A program made the translations under genes and the position numbers. From NCBI GenBank assembly GCA_951406725.2, contig OX597824.1:26846001-26910000 (forward strand): a stretch of 64,000 nucleotides of DNA, written 5' to 3'. The stretch comes from Octopus vulgaris (Eukaryota). The notes beneath the pieces were generated by a model, which worked only from the letters and a program-made list of their open reading frames with translations, had not been told where the DNA came from and searched no databases. This document shows, piece after piece, positions 27,646 to 42,514 of this stretch. How positions within the stretch are numbered: the stretch's first letter is position 1; each line of letters starts with the position of its first letter.

Positions 27646-28093
27646 GAAAGAAGATAAAAAGAAAGAGCGAATGAGAGAAGATAGAGAGACAGACAGAGCG
27701 AGGGCGAGAGAAAGACACAGTGTTGCGTACAGAAACGATCAAAATGCGGCTTAATTATTCGCCTATCGGAGGCGACACATTTTAATTAACTCTTAATGAA
27801 CTAAAGAATGGAGACATCGTATATGTCGATAATTATTTTTTATCCATGCAGTAAATATATATACATTTAGCGAGACTAAATTATTTGTTTATTGAATACA
27901 TTCATGTAAATATATCTGAAACTTATTCACAAAAACGCTTTTTTCAGGATGTAACTTAATTAATAGTAGATGCTAATGAATGTAGAGATATGCAAATTAG
28001 AATAAATAATGACAGTTATTCATTGCATTTTTTCTCAGTATTTGTAAGATGTCTTAGATTATAAATATGAGATGAAATTAGAGGAGTTGTTTT

Positions 28094-28135
<42 letters not shown>

Positions 28136-28639
28136 CGGAGAAAGAATGAGGGAAAGGGAGTGAGGAGAGAAAGAGAAAGTGAAATTAAAATGGAGAGAAA
28201 GAGAGGGAGAAAGAGGGGAGAGATGGAGTTGAAGGAAAGAGAAAAAAAACGGGAGAGAGACAGATGGGCAGATAGACATACAGACAGATGCACAGAGCTA
28301 TAGAGAAAGAGAGCGAAAAGAGAGGAGAGACAACATCTAAGAATTGCTAATAGCATATTTCTTACATGTTTATGTAACATGTAAAGTTTAGTAATTCCGA
28401 TTAACAAACGAAACATATGTAATGGTGAACAAATAGTATCAAGCAAATTCCCAACTTCCTGTTTAGTTATATAATAACTCTGCAAACAATATTTCTAGAA
28501 CTTTTTTTTATCTAACCTGTATCATACATCAATACAACAATGACAATAGTTACATACTGGATTATAATACTGGAATAAGCAGAGGTACTTCAAGAGAACA
28601 GAGCTCAGATTTTCTCCCTACTTACACAATATATAAATT

Positions 28640-28847
28640 ACGTTGAACCATTAATCCTACACATTTTTTCTCTCACAGTTTTTTTTTAATTTTTCGTTCT
28701 CTCCCCTTTTACCCACCTCTCAGTCATTCCTGTCTAAGAGCGTAGGCTCGAAATGTCAAAGTCTTTTCCATTTTTCCAGAGCATTAAATTAATACGCCTG
28801 CTTGGTTTTTCCTCACCTGTCTTCGTCTATTGTTTTCTGCAAATTCG

Positions 28848-28851
<4 letters not shown>
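28640..28851 (+). mobile_element. Decayed copy of the 14455-type element with eroded hammerhead (28730-28758)
   Basis: CTGTCTA-A-GAGC-gtag-GCTC-GAAAT-GTCA; 3' end 'aactatata' as at 14455. Confidence 0.58.
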
Positions 28852-28931
<80 letters not shown>

Positions 28932-29269
28932 ATATATATATATATACATACACACACACACACATATATATATATATACACATTCATGTATACGGATGTG
29001 TGTGCGAGTGTTTAGTTGACTGTGTGGGTGCGCTTGTGCGTAAGTGCTTAATGAAGTTAGCTTTAAATGTATTTTAATGTGTTTTAAATATTTTCTATCG
29101 TGAATAAACAAATATGAATGAAAAGATGAAACAAAAAATTAGTTTCATTTTTTTATAACATAAGTCCGTTTTGTTCGTTCTGGTCAAATGGTGAAATTTG
29201 AGCAGAACCGGTGCCAACAACATCAACAACTGTACAAATAATCATTATTGTAGCTAATAAATAATTTTT

Positions 29270-29361
29270 TTGCTATCGTCATCGCTATCATCCACATCAA
29301 TATTTTTCATCGCCTCCACGGTCACCATGAATATCGTTACCGTCATCATCATCATCATGCT

Positions 29362-29413
<52 letters not shown>

Positions 29414-29554
29414 GTCATCATCATCATCGTCATCATCATCGTCATCGTCATCGTCATCATCAAAATCGTCGTCGTAGACGTCGTTGCCGGTCGTCGTTGT
29501 CATCATGATCCACAATGCAATCTTCGTTTCAAGCGACGTCAACAACATCGCTAC

Positions 29555-29587
<33 letters not shown>

Positions 29588-29666
29588 TATCATAACATTC
29601 CTCATCATCGTCATCATCATCGTCATCATCATCATCGTTATCATCATCGTCATCATCATCGTCATT

Positions 29667-29697
<31 letters not shown>

Positions 29698-29945
29698 CCG
29701 TCATCGTCACTATCGTCATCATCACCACCATCATGAACATCATCATGATTATCATCGACAACAGCGGCACCACTTACTTTTCCATTGTTGTTCTTGACCT
29801 TATTGTTGCCATCGATTTTTTTACTGTTGTACTCACCCTGTGTGTTACTGTTGTTGTTGCTGCTGCTGTTGTTGCCGTTGTTGTTGTTGTTGTCGCTGAT
29901 GTATTCGTTATTGTTGTTGTTGTTGTTGTTGTTATTAGTATTATT
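29270..29945. repeat. (CAT)n/(CGT)n/(GTT)n trinucleotide field
   Basis: Direct reading. Confidence 0.95.
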
Positions 29946-30607
29946 ATCTCCTTAATGCATGTTGTCACACTACTTCTGAAGCAAAGCTGAAATCCGTTAA
30001 GTTTAGTGGCTACCCTTGGATTTATTCTAATCACGTACAACTCCAAACACCCATCCACCCCACCCCCGAAACCCACCCCACACACAACACACGTACACGC
30101 ATGCGCATATACACACATCCGCATATATCAGTCACACTGATAGTTTGCATTTCTGTCCGACACCCATCATACTTAAACTGCATGTATAGTTGACGTCATC
30201 TTAAAGTGATGAAAATGTCACCCGCCATTTTGCCTCCTCTTGCCCCGACATGTGTCCAGTGTGAGTGACAGAAGGGACGTGCCACTATGTATATATATAT
30301 ATATATTCTTTTATTTTTTTACTTGTTTCAGTCAGTTGACTCAAATATATATTTGAGCATGTGTGTATAATACGCATGCGCATACATATTTGTGTGTGTG
30401 TATATAATATGCATGTTTATATATATAGAGTTGAAAAATATTTTCATGTTCTTTTTATATTTTTATTACTTGCTTTAGCTGGAGTTTTCTTATGAATATG
30501 CTGAATCTTTTTATTAGAAATCATTCTCTCTTTTTGGATCTCTCAAAACATTTGAATTGATCTCTTTTGAACTTATTTTTCCCCATATACATATACACAC
30601 ATATACA

Positions 30608-30672
<65 letters not shown>

Positions 30673-31619
30673 AAACCCTATAAATCTTGCCTAAGCGACA
30701 TACAGCAATGCTATGAAACTTTCTGTGAGCTCACTGCAAGATTCGATTTTAGTATCCACCTCGATTCATTATCTATTTATTAAATTTTGATCTTGAAAAT
30801 GAAACAAACGTTTCTTAATTTTTGACCTCTTATCCCGGCTTTAAATTTATAGTCCGTATACTTTTCGGAAAATAAACAAACTTGTTATCTCCAAATTTAT
30901 GATATTCTTCCTCTTTTGGATTTGGTTTGCAAAATTCTAAATATAAACTCGTATGTTGAACTAGATTTTGCTACATTTCGGGAGGGTCATTATGCCAATA
31001 GTAAACACACGCTCTGGTTCTATTTCACTTTGAACGTACTTGGAGTAGAGAGGGCATACCATTGATGAGGTCGTGCGTGGCAATAAAAGGAATTTGGAAA
31101 ACCTAGCTGAATGATTGTCCGAATGTTTAATCAAATTCTCGATTAGTTAATTGGTTACTTGGTTAACCCATTGATAAGTAAATAATAAAGAAGTGAAGTA
31201 GAATCAGAGCGTGTGACGCGTTAATAATTGGCATAATGATCCTACAAAAAACTATGAACTCCATTTCAGTAGAAACTTTAATTCTATTTATACTTCACTG
31301 TAAATACTAATGAAGTTTAAACCCTTATGTTTTGATCCATATGTGCCGTACTTTACTTAAATTTTTTCTACCGTACAAGCTTTATGAGCGAAAATAGCTA
31401 GCTGTTTGATGGATCCTTCTAGTTCCTGGTTGGAAGAGTTAATCCCTCTCCACATTAACACTTGAGCTGGCCTTGTATGGGTGCTTTAATTGACACCATC
31501 TTGTAAAAGCATTCAAGCGTTCAAACATCTAAGCTTGGTGTCTCGTTTAAGTAGAACACCGTTGCGTAAACAATGCATTATAAATTCTTTCTTCAAAGAA
31601 GAAAAATAATTCATAACAG

Positions 31620-31860
31620 TATTTTAGGGGTCCGTGAAAAATTTTACTTTCGATGAATCTTTTGCAAGAAACAGCTAAGTTTCTCTCTCTAACATCATAC
31701 ACAGTTCAACCTACACAACTTAATATGTAAAAAACACGAAATACGAATTTTAACAGACATTTATAAACTAGTTTTTAAACATTGAACGGCTATGGGGATC
31801 CACCAGAATAGAATAGTGATCAAAGTAGACCATGGATAAAAAAAGGGTTGAAAACCACTG
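31620..31860. mobile_element. hAT-like MITE, right portion
   Basis: Terminal 'aaaaagggttgaaaaccactg' and subterminal 'ggggtcc' repeats. Confidence 0.6.
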
Positions 31861-32326
31861 GCTTAGATGGATGGTTATGGCCGTAACTTATTTGACCGGA
31901 GTTATTCCTGATTCCGAAAATGGAAAGCTGGTAGATTCGTTAACACATCGGACAAAATGCTGAACGGCATTTCTTCCGGCTATATACTTTTTGAATTCAT
32001 ATCCTGTCGAAGCCAGCTTTGCCTCCCTTTTTTCTAAGGATAGATATTATAAAGTACTAATCAATTACCCGGGCTCAATGTAATTGATTAAATCCCTATC
32101 TCTCAAATTGCTGGCCTTTTGTCTGAATTTAAAATTTTCTTTATTCCAATCTCCCCAGTATTAGAGGGCTTGTAAAAAAGGCATGAACGCCACAACATCT
32201 GAGTATGAGATAAAACAAAAGTACTTTGGAATAAACTTATGTTTGGATGTAAAAGAAAATATTTCGAAAGAGTTATGCGAATTATTTAAAAAGGTGTGTG
32301 TGTGTGAGTGTTTGTGCATGCATGTG

Positions 32327-32370
<44 letters not shown>

Positions 32371-32573
32371 TCTGTGTGTGTGTGCATGCGTGTGTGCGCG
32401 AATGTGCGTGTGTGAATATGTGCTTACATGTGCGTGCATGTGTGTGTTAATATGTGTATATCTGTGTGTGAGTGACTGCGTGTGTTTGCGTATGAGTGAT
32501 TGTATGTGTGAATGATTGTGAGTGTCTATGTGCATCAGTGAGTGCGTATGTGTATGTCTGTGTATGCGAGTGC

Positions 32574-32617
<44 letters not shown>

Positions 32618-33070
32618 GTGCTCGAGTGGTTCATTATACATGCAAGTGTGTGTGTGTGTGCGTGTGTGCTCGAGTGGCTCATTATACATGCAAGTGTGTG
32701 TGCGTGTGTGTGTGTTTGTGTGTGTGCGCTCGAGTGGCTGTGTATGAATACAAATGTGTGTGTGTGTGTGTGTGTGTGTATAACCAAGTATATAAGATAA
32801 GTCGATAATGTTTAATAGAGAAGCGGGAGCATTGTTAAGTCGTTAGGTTCAGCCGATGATTAAAAACATGAGCAGCGACTGATTTTAAAAGCGGGATGGA
32901 TGAAGAAATCCTGGAGAATTGGTCGTCCATAGATTTACAGTAATTTGGTTGTGCAGTTCGTTTGGCTATTTGTCAAGTCAAATTGATAAGTTTGCACTTA
33001 ATCAGAGGCACTGATTTCTGTGTGTGCGTGTAAAACCGTGTATTTATGTATGTGCGTATGTGTATGTGCA

Positions 33071-33122
<52 letters not shown>

Positions 33123-33345
33123 TGTATGTGTGTGTGTATGTGTGTGAGTGTGAGTGTGTAGGTTGTGGAGTACTTCCTTTATCTCGTTCGAGATTTTGTA
33201 AACAGGAAAGGCACATGGAGATATAACAGCACTGTGCCGTGGATCTTGATAAAACCACTTTATCTTTGAACGGCTTTCAAATTCGAATTTATTTTTGTGT
33301 TTTACACAAACACACATGCCCATACACACACGCACGTGCACATGC

Positions 33346-33395
<50 letters not shown>

Positions 33396-33404
33396 ATGTG
33401 TGTG

Positions 33405-33454
<50 letters not shown>

Positions 33455-33575
33455 GTATATGTGTGTGTATGTTTATATATATATATATGTATATGTGTGT
33501 GTATGTTATATATATATATATGTATAAACATACACACACATATACATATACATACATATATATATATATAAACAT

Positions 33576-33648
<73 letters not shown>

Positions 33649-33926
33649 ATGTGTACGTGTGTTATGTGTGAACTTACGTTGAATCATTAGGAATACGTAA
33701 ACAAAATCCCGTACGGGAAGTAAATTGTTGCATTGTTAGACAGATAAAGATAGTTTTACCTATAAATGTCCCTACGTAGCATATAGGAAATGGAACATGT
33801 ACAAGATTAAGTATACATAAAGAGGTACACGTACAAACACACGCAAAGGATTATTCATGCTTCCATACCTATACGTACATTATGGGTGTATTTACGTACG
33901 AACCTATGTATGTGTATTTGCATAAA

Positions 33927-34263
33927 AGGTAAAGAATCCCTTCTGTCATGAATGAATATGAGATTGCACTTAGAAAGTTCCCCTCCGAGGCATAAGTCCG
34001 TGCAAAGTTGTTTGTGGAAGGCCGGCAGTCGCCCATACACACCAGCCTCCACACTCCACGCCACCGATGTTATCCAAGGTAAGAGCAAAGGCCGATACAG
34101 CTTGATACCAGTGACGTTACAACTCATTTCTACAGCTGATCGAACTGGAGCAACGTGAAATAAAGTGTCTTGCTCAAGAACACAGCACATAGCCCAGTCC
34201 GGGAATCGAACTCACTACCTCATGATTGGTGGACCTGATGGTCTAACCGCTGAGCCATGCGCA
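33927..34263 (-). mobile_element. SINE family D
   Basis: Reverse complement of 20843-21177. Confidence 0.88.
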
Positions 34264-34267
34264 TATA

Positions 34268-34823
34268 TTGGGTTGTCCGGAAAGTTCATAGCGATTTTTA
34301 AAGGAAAGAAAAAGGTCAATAAATACTTGCCACAATCAACCAAATATGAATCATGTTGCTGCACAATGCGTCTCCATCTTTCCTTTAACTTGAAAATACC
34401 CTCTTCAAAGAATTGATGTGGTTTCATGGCAAGGAATTCATCAGGGTATCTTTTTACGTCATCCAAGGAATTGAATTTTTTCCCATTAAGACTATTCTGC
34501 AGAGACCTGAATAAGGGAAAATCCGAAGAGCAATATCTGGTAAATATGGAGGGTGGTGTAACACATCCCAGCCGAGCTGCAGCAGTTTTTGTCTGGTTCC
34601 CAAAGCATCAAGTGCCGCAAACGAACTTTCCTATCTTCCATTTTAAAGGGTTACAGAATTAACACAGGTTATAGGAACATAAACCTTCTTCCACGAAAAG
34701 ATAGCTTAAACTGTGCTCTAAATGGAGGTGTAGTCAAATCCTATTTTATGGACTCAACCATGTTCTAAAATAAGTCGAAATGTAAGCTACTATAAATCGG
34801 CACGAACTTTCCGGACAACCCAA
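34268..34823 (-). mobile_element. Internally deleted mariner element
   Basis: TIRs ttgggttgtccggaaagttc / gaactttccggacaacccaa, TA TSD, transposase C-terminus DDVKRY.DEFLA.KP.QFFEEGIFKLKERWRRIV. Confidence 0.92.
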
Positions 34824-34829
34824 TATTTA

Positions 34830-35337
34830 CTAGCACTATGACCCGGCGTTTCCGGGTCTAGTGCTAGTGCTTGTTGTTCGTTGCCGGGTCGCAGTAAAAA
34901 GATCTCACTAAATCAAGAGCTAAGTTTCTTATCACATTTCAGCCTGGGCCAGTTTTGTTGTTTATGAGCTAGTTGGAGCTTTTTATGAGAATGATTAATA
35001 TTCATTGGACTTCGGTTTTCACACCTGGAACGGCATAATCATGGAAAATTAGCGGGACTGTGCATATGCCATTAGTCTGACAAAAAAGGGGGCAGAAGAA
35101 AGCGAAAAACTCGAATTTGGCCGCAAAATAAATTATGAGTATAAGGGGTCGGTTTATCGATTTTTTAATGGCTTTCTGGGGTGACTGGGGAAATGAAAAG
35201 ATCTTCACGGCCACCCTCAGACAGTTTTCAAAGCCCATAGAAAATGCGAGCCTTTCATGTGAAAAACTGTGGATTTGTATAAAGGACACACAGACACACA
35301 GATACACATACATTTTGCCGTTTCTAGATACAGAGAT
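34830..35337 (-). mobile_element. Non-autonomous Helitron, second family
   Basis: 3' CTAG at 34830-33 with hairpin cccggcgtttccggg; 5' region carries a tgtgtc microsatellite as in the 14818 element. Confidence 0.6.
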
Positions 35338-35882
35338 TTTATTGACCCAGAAAGGATGAAAAGCAAAGTCCGATGGCAGTTGAGCTCAGAACGTAAAGAG
35401 CTGCAAGAACTGCTGTTCAGCATTTTGTTCGGCACGGTAATGATTCTGCCATCTTACCACCATAATTAGCAATTTAAACATTAATTAGATTTTAACATTC
35501 GTATCAACCCCTTCCATCACTAACTAACCCCTCTCTCTTTCTCTCACGCTCTCAGCTATTTCATCCCTCTCTCTCTCTCCCTTTCCTTCCCTCTCGTTCT
35601 TTCTCACGCTCACGACTTGATTAATGTCCCCTGTTTCTCTCTTATAAATATCATCTTTTTTCTAAACTCTCTCTCCCTCCATCTTTGTTTTTTTTTCTTC
35701 TTTTCTTTCTCTTTCTCCTTCTCGACTACCTCTCTTCTCTTTCTCTTTTTCCTGCTGCCGCATTCTGTCTCTCTCTTTCTTTCTCCTTCTCTCTCTCTCT
35801 CTCTTTTATAGTTATCTCTTTATCTCATAGTTCTTAGCTCTTTCTCTCATATTGTTCTAACCTCTTTCTTTTTATAGTTTTT

Positions 35883-35922
<40 letters not shown>

Positions 35923-37199
35923 TGCACACAATCGTTCTTAACACTCTCTCTCCTCTCTCGCATACATAGTTCGTAGCTCTCCCTTTATCATAATTTTAAA
36001 CTCTCTCTCTCTCTCTCTCATACTTCTTAGCTGTTTTTCTCAAAGGTTTTAGCTCCTTGTTACTCTCCCTCTCCCCTTTCTCTCTTATAGTTCCTTGTTT
36101 TTCTCTCTCTCTCTCTCTCTCTCTCTTTCTCCCATCTTAACACTCACACTTTCACGTCCTCCCAAATCTCACACTTGCTTCCGTTTTCTCTCATCCTCCC
36201 TCATTTCTCCATCCCCCCTCATTTCTCCATCCCCCCTCATTTCTCCATCCCCATCTTTTCTTCTCCCGACGAACGCTAATAACATTATTTATTACAAAAC
36301 GATCGTAAACAACTAATATTGAAAGAATCCCGACTCATTTACCGAAACCTTCTTTCTATGGTGTCTTAATTGGCATCAATCTCTCTCAAATTCTTCCCCC
36401 ACCTTATCTTTAACAATCTACACTCCTCACTTTCTCACACTTCAATTCTCCCCCTCTCTCTCCCCCATCTCTCTCTCTCTCTCTCTTACTTTCTGCTTTT
36501 GCCTCGTCTTTTGTATTTAGTAGGGCAAAAATAATTAAAAAATGCTTTGGTGGCGGGGAGCAAACAGCAGTAAATGTATTGTTTTCTCTTACCCATCTTT
36601 CATTAGTCTTAACCATTCCAGTCTAAACCTTCCCATTATAGTTCCATCTAGTCTTAGCCATTTCAGGAACAACAAAACGTGTCCGTCTTGGCTTTTATTT
36701 TCCATAAAAAATTTCATTATTTTAATTTTTTTTTTTTTTTGTTTCAAAGATTTTATTTGGGAAATAAATCATGTTAACACCATCCCATCTTTCCAAGGTT
36801 GAAAGAAAAACAATTTTCATTATTTTACATTTTTTTTTTGGAAAAAAATTTCTTTGATCTCGATCCAAACTCTAACAAGGGGTTGTTTTATGTAAGTGAC
36901 TGGACCCATTAAAATTAGCAGCTAAATGACTCTGGAATCATACCCATTGTACACTACAGTATCAAAATGAGAAGAACACTCTAAATCGATCGAATTAAGG
37001 TGACTGTGTTTTCAATGGTTTTCAGTTGCTGATCCTGTTTGTGCAGCACAACATACACACACACAACCACAGCGTGTCTCTCTCTCTTTTTCTCTCTCTC
37101 ACTCTCACTCCTTTCCAAAATTTCAGGCCTTGTGCCTACAGGAGAAAGAAAACACACGCACACACACACATACATACATGCATACAGACAGACAGACAA

Positions 37200-37780
37200 A
37201 GGTTATGTGTCGTCTGTCTTTACGTTCTGAGTTCAAATTCGCCGAGGTCGACTTTGTCATTCATCCTTTCGGGGTCGATAAACAAAGTAACAGTTGCCTA
37301 CCAGGGTCGATCGAATCGACTGGCCCACCTCCCCAAAATTTCGGCCCTTGTGCCTAGAGTAGAAAAGAATAATAATAATAAAGCAAGCTGGCAGAAACTT
37401 TAGCACTCCGGGCTGAATGCTTAGCGTTATTTCGTCCGCCGCTACGTTCTGAGTTCAAATTCCGCCGAGGTCGACTTTGCCTTTCATCCTTTCGGGGTCG
37501 ATTAAATAAGCACCAGTTACGCACTGGGGTCGATATAATCGACTTAATCCGTTTGTCTGTCCTTCTTTGTCCTCTCTGTGTTTAGCCCCTTGTGGGTAGT
37601 AAAGAAATAGGTATTTCGTCTGTCATTACGTTCTGAGTTCAAATTCTGCCGAGGTCGACTTTACCTTTCATCCTTCGGGGTCGATAAACTAAGTACCAGT
37701 TACGTACTGGGGTCGATCTAATCGACTGATCTTCTCCCCACAAAATTTCGGGCCTGGTGCCTAGAGTAGAAAAGAATATT
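37200..37780 (+). mobile_element. Cluster/array of SINE family A
   Basis: Three units; recurrent junction at about 37610. Confidence 0.9.
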
Positions 37781-38198
37781 ATTATCATAGTAGTCGTCGT
37801 CATCGACGTCATCATCATCATCAGTATAAATACCACCACCACCACCACCAACAACAACAACAGAAACACCATCAGCAGTAGCAGCAGCATCGTCATCATC
37901 ATCATCATCATCATCATCATAATCATCATCATCATCGTCGTCATCGTCATCGTTGTCGTCGTCGTCGTCATCGTCATCATCACCGTCATCATCAACAACA
38001 TCATCATCAACATCATTACTTCCACCTGTAATATAAAAAACCCTCAGCAGCAGTTCACAATTGAAACAATGACAAACAAATATCTGACATCTGTCATAGT
38101 TAAGTAGTGTGAACTTTGGCATTCGAAGGCTTGAACGGTTTAGTTGAAGTGGGTTAACGGATAGTGTCATAGAAGATAAATATGGTTGCTCGTATAAT

Positions 38199-38323
<125 letters not shown>

Positions 38324-38514
38324 CATGCATGTGTGTGTGCGTGCATGTGTTTGTGTGTGTATTTATATATAATATATGTATGCCTTTTTCTTGTAGTTGT
38401 GTTCGAGTGAAACAGATTTAATAATCGATGGCTGAAACATTTTTTTTTCAAAATGAATGATTTTTTCCAGGATTTTCTTTTCAATAAAATCTAAATTTTA
38501 GTCATCTGTAGGGG

Positions 38515-39480
38515 CACGAACTTACTCTAGACAAGTTTAGAAAAGACCGAATCCCTAGGGCGTAGGGATACTATAGAGAACAGAGTCACAGTTTCTCTAG
38601 ACATGACGCTTGGTTTAAGCACAGGTTCAAACAGGACATCCTACAAACCAAATGAAACGCTGTTTGAGATAAACATGTATTTCTACCACTTGTCTATGGT
38701 ACTTAAAATCCTAACGTTTGTCAGTAAGGTGATTTCGAACCTATCCTCAAATAATGTTTTTTTAAGCAGCTTCCTCTCTCATGACAATGACGCTCTGGCG
38801 GCCAATTAGGTTACAAACCCAAAATCCACAAGAGAAACTTCCACTGAGATGTTCTCTGGTTCTTTCCCAGTTTGTCACTCAACGTGAAAATTTGCATCGG
38901 AAGGGCTTTTCTTAGAACAGAAAGTAAGCATTGCACGCAGAATCATACACGAAAATATGCAACAGGAACAAGCCTTTCATTCGTAATGTATGCCTATTAT
39001 AGATAAAATGTTAGTGAATACCCGTAGGCTTCGGACGGGTGCAGGTTGCTTATGTATGATTTTCAGTGAGTGTTCAGTGAATGATCAATATATCACAGAA
39101 GCAGCGGTCTACGAAGCAGCCCTGGTAATAACCAACACCAGTGGAGCGACACACATGTAGAAATATGTTGGGACAAAAGAGGATTCCTTTCAGGCCAGGA
39201 TATAATTATCGCAACTCCACATTTATTATTCAATAGAGGAGCAGTGATACAACTTTAGCCAGCTACATATGGTTATTAAAAGAAGAAACAATACAATATA
39301 AAACCCGCTGAAGATTTGCTGCCTAATATAAACTGGAGCACATCTGAAAGGAAGTAGCCATTGCAAGCTTTGCTTGGTGGAAAGAAGATCATTCTAAAAA
39401 TTTCATCTAATGTGTTCTGAACACAAAAATGAAATATTCGGTGGCTGCACACATGAGAAGAAAGTTATTTGGAAACTTGG
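38515..39480 (+). pseudogene. Decayed Penelope-like element ORF, Naiad-type (RT thumb, Cys-rich linker, GIY-YIG endonuclease)
   Basis: Collinear, frameshifted motifs: LDMTLGLSTGS..YKPNET; ISNLSSN; VLWF.P..SLNVK.CIGRAFL; CLC....C..N...TEAAVYEA; KYVGTKEDSFQAR; TTLASYIWLLK; CKLCLVE; LNT/KNEIFGGCTH. Confidence 0.85.
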
Positions 39481-39640
39481 TCGTGCCCACTTTTGGTTTT
39501 ATAAATGACATGCATGCACACAGCTGACATTTTCATCCTCTATTTACTTACTATATGTCGTTCTGGTTATTTTCGACATCACAGAGCCAAAGATCTACAT
39601 ATACTTTCACCATAAAAAAGACCACGTGGTCCCAGTCAGC

Positions 39641-39672
39641 ATGTCTGAAGAGTTCTTAACGTTACTAAGAGT
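39641..39672 (+). ncRNA. 5' half of hammerhead in the PLE 3' repeat, truncated by a SINE
   Basis: CTGAAGA-GTTCTTA-acgttac-TAAGAGT, then a family A SINE head begins. Confidence 0.5.
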
Positions 39673-40312
39673 AATAAGCCGACGAGCTGGCAGAATCATT
39701 AGCCCGCCAGACAAAATGTTTAGCGACATTTCGTCCGTCTTTACTCTCTGAATGGAATACATACGTTCACACACTCTTCACACATATTTATATGTATGTA
39801 TATATGTATAATATTTTGCAAGTTGATTTTGTCTCTTTGTCTTCTCTCCTAGTGCTGTATGAATATTTGATATGGTTTTAGAGTCAAGTTTTGACTGCTA
39901 TATCTAGCATGATGGTATCTTTTAGATACCCTATTTATTTTACTTTACTAATAATTGTTACTAATTATAATTTTACTAATAATTATTACTTATGAGGTTT
40001 TTATTCCCATGCTAGCCACTTGATACGATCGGTATTTTAAATAACGATCTTATTCTTATTTATATAAATTTATGTATATATGTATGTAAACATGTACGTA
40101 TGGCCCGACTAACTGCTTGTTACTAGCTATAATATATAACATAACTGGTCAGAATGGTGGCGTCAGTTTGGCAGCGACTTTACACTTAATATTAATGATT
40201 TCCAATTTTTGCACAAAGCCAGCAGCTTCGGGGAGAATGCAAGTCAATTACATTGACTCCAGTGTTCAAATGGTACTTATTTTACAGACCCCGGTGGATT
40301 ACACACACACAC

Positions 40313-40345
<33 letters not shown>

Positions 40346-40413
40346 TGTATGTATGTATGTATGTATGTATGTATGTATGTATTTATGTATGTATCTATAT
40401 ATATATATGTATG

Positions 40414-40451
<38 letters not shown>

Positions 40452-40491
40452 CACGTGCATATATATGCATATATATATTCATACGTATCAA

Positions 40492-40534
<43 letters not shown>

Positions 40535-40633
40535 ATACATACATACATGCATACACACACGCGCGAGCGTATACATGGATGTAGGTGGGTATATATAAAT
40601 AAATATATGCATACATGTATATACATATATTCA

Positions 40634-40675
<42 letters not shown>

Positions 40676-40711
40676 CATACACAGATACACACACAAACAC
40701 ACACACACACG

Positions 40712-40759
<48 letters not shown>

Positions 40760-40761
<2 letters not shown>

Positions 40762-41225
40762 GTAGAAAAATACAAACTGGGACAAGAACGTAAAACATTT
40801 AGAAGACGATACAAAAAACAGTCAAGAACCGGATCATCCTCGCAATTTCGGATGATTAATCTTGAGATCACTCCGATCCGGCCAGCCCCAAGGAAAAACT
40901 AAGCTACGAGCATTAGATTTCTTGGAAAAAGGATCGAATGTATACGAAACAAGGACAGAAAAACGAACGATGCCACACGAATATAAATACAAAAAACAAT
41001 AATAGTAATAACAGGACAAAAACAGCGGGTGTCTTACGACTATAGACAGTACAACTTAGTTTAGCTGGCGTATTTGGAAAAAATGCCTTTTTCGGCAGAC
41101 GAAGACAACGATGTTCTCGTGGCGCTGGTTAGAAGCCGAAAGGCTGGTTGACCAGCGGTCACGTGAGAGGAGAAGAGAGAGAAAAAAAGGGGGCAAAGGA
41201 ATCAAAGAGAGAGAGAGAAAAAGAG
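40760..41225 (-). mobile_element. Probable PLE terminal-repeat fragment; related piece at 47005-47400
   Basis: Both have pyrimidine-rich tract + CACGTGAC + similar downstream sequence on the minus strand; this copy ends in (TA)n. Confidence 0.4.
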
Positions 41226-41669
41226 GGACGAAGGCACCACATACATACACACATAAATATATGTACATGTGCATAAAAGCGCGTATGTGTTTCTGTGCAT
41301 CTAATATTCAATATATATCACGATAGAAGCACGAAATTATCTGTAGAACCAACCACACATAAGAAAGCATAAGCATACAAACATATAAACATATAGATAC
41401 TACCAAAACATACATATCCAACATATCCTTATACACGACGCTCAGTAAACATCTCCATAAAGATCCTGCTAAGTTATTGCCCAGCCCTACCGGCACTATT
41501 AACGCCATGATAAACTTCCGGTCGGAAATAGCTCTCACTATTTTGAACGCTTTTCTCTTCTCTCTGGTTACTTTTCCCTCTGTCTCATTCTCCTTACTTT
41601 CGAGCATCTAATCGTGACAACTGTACTATCTCTATGCATTGCACATAGCCTATATCTATCTATGTATTA

Positions 41670-41899
41670 AAGGCGGCGAGCTGGCAGAAACGTTAGCGCG
41701 CCGGGCGAAATGCTTAGCGGTATTTCCTCTGTCGTTACGTTGTGAGTTCAAATTCCGCCGAGGTCGACTTTGCCTTTCATCCTTTCGGGGTCGATAAATT
41801 AAGTACCAGTTACCCACTGGGGTCGATGTGATCGACTTAATCCCTTTGTCTGTCCTTGTTTGTCCCCTCTATGTTTAGCCCCTTGTGGGTAGTAAAGAA

Positions 41900-41900
<1 letters not shown>
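41670..41900 (+). mobile_element. SINE family A, full length
   Basis: Matches 5904-6135. Confidence 0.93.
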
Positions 41901-41934
<34 letters not shown>

Positions 41935-42040
41935 TGTATGTATGTATGTATGTATGTATGTATGTATGTATGTATGCATGTATGTATGTATCTATCTATC
42001 TATCAATCAAGCCATCCCTCTATCTATCTGTGTGTATCTC

Positions 42041-42151
<111 letters not shown>

Positions 42152-42169
42152 GTACGTTTATGTGTTTCG

Positions 42170-42435
42170 TTTTAAGGATTCTTGATGTGAAACCGTGTGT
42201 TGAAATAAATATTGTTATATTCCGGGATGGTATTTTACTTTTTTTTTTTCGCCAAATAAACACATACATTACATTTTCGTTCAGAGTTATTAATTACATT
42301 ATTTACAATATTTACATTTGACGGATATTTGTCATCGTCTTGTTTGTTGTTATTTACAACGTTTCGGCTGATATACCCTCCAGTCTTCATCAGGTGTCTT
42401 GAGGAAATTTCGAACATGGGTTCTCATTCTTAAGG
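42170..42435 (-). mobile_element. PLE-like 3' end: hammerhead (42350-42398) followed by the shared terminal module
   Basis: Minus strand CTGATGA-A-GACTG-gagggtatat-CAGCC-GAAAC-GTT-GTA, then 'ttcaacacacggtttcacatcaagaatcc'. Confidence 0.68.
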
Positions 42436-42438
42436 TTA

Positions 42439-42514
<76 letters not shown>

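Noticed and set aside
29270-29990. Poly-His / poly-Ile / poly-Asp ORFs of 137-175 aa
   Set aside because: (CAT)n repeat open in several frames on both strands, with no splice or domain context. The same applies at 12935-13228 and 37639-38170.
30688-30732. CTAAGCGA-CATA...TAT-GAAAC hammerhead-like string
   Set aside because: Too many core deviations and no convincing stem I. It may be a relic but is unsupported.
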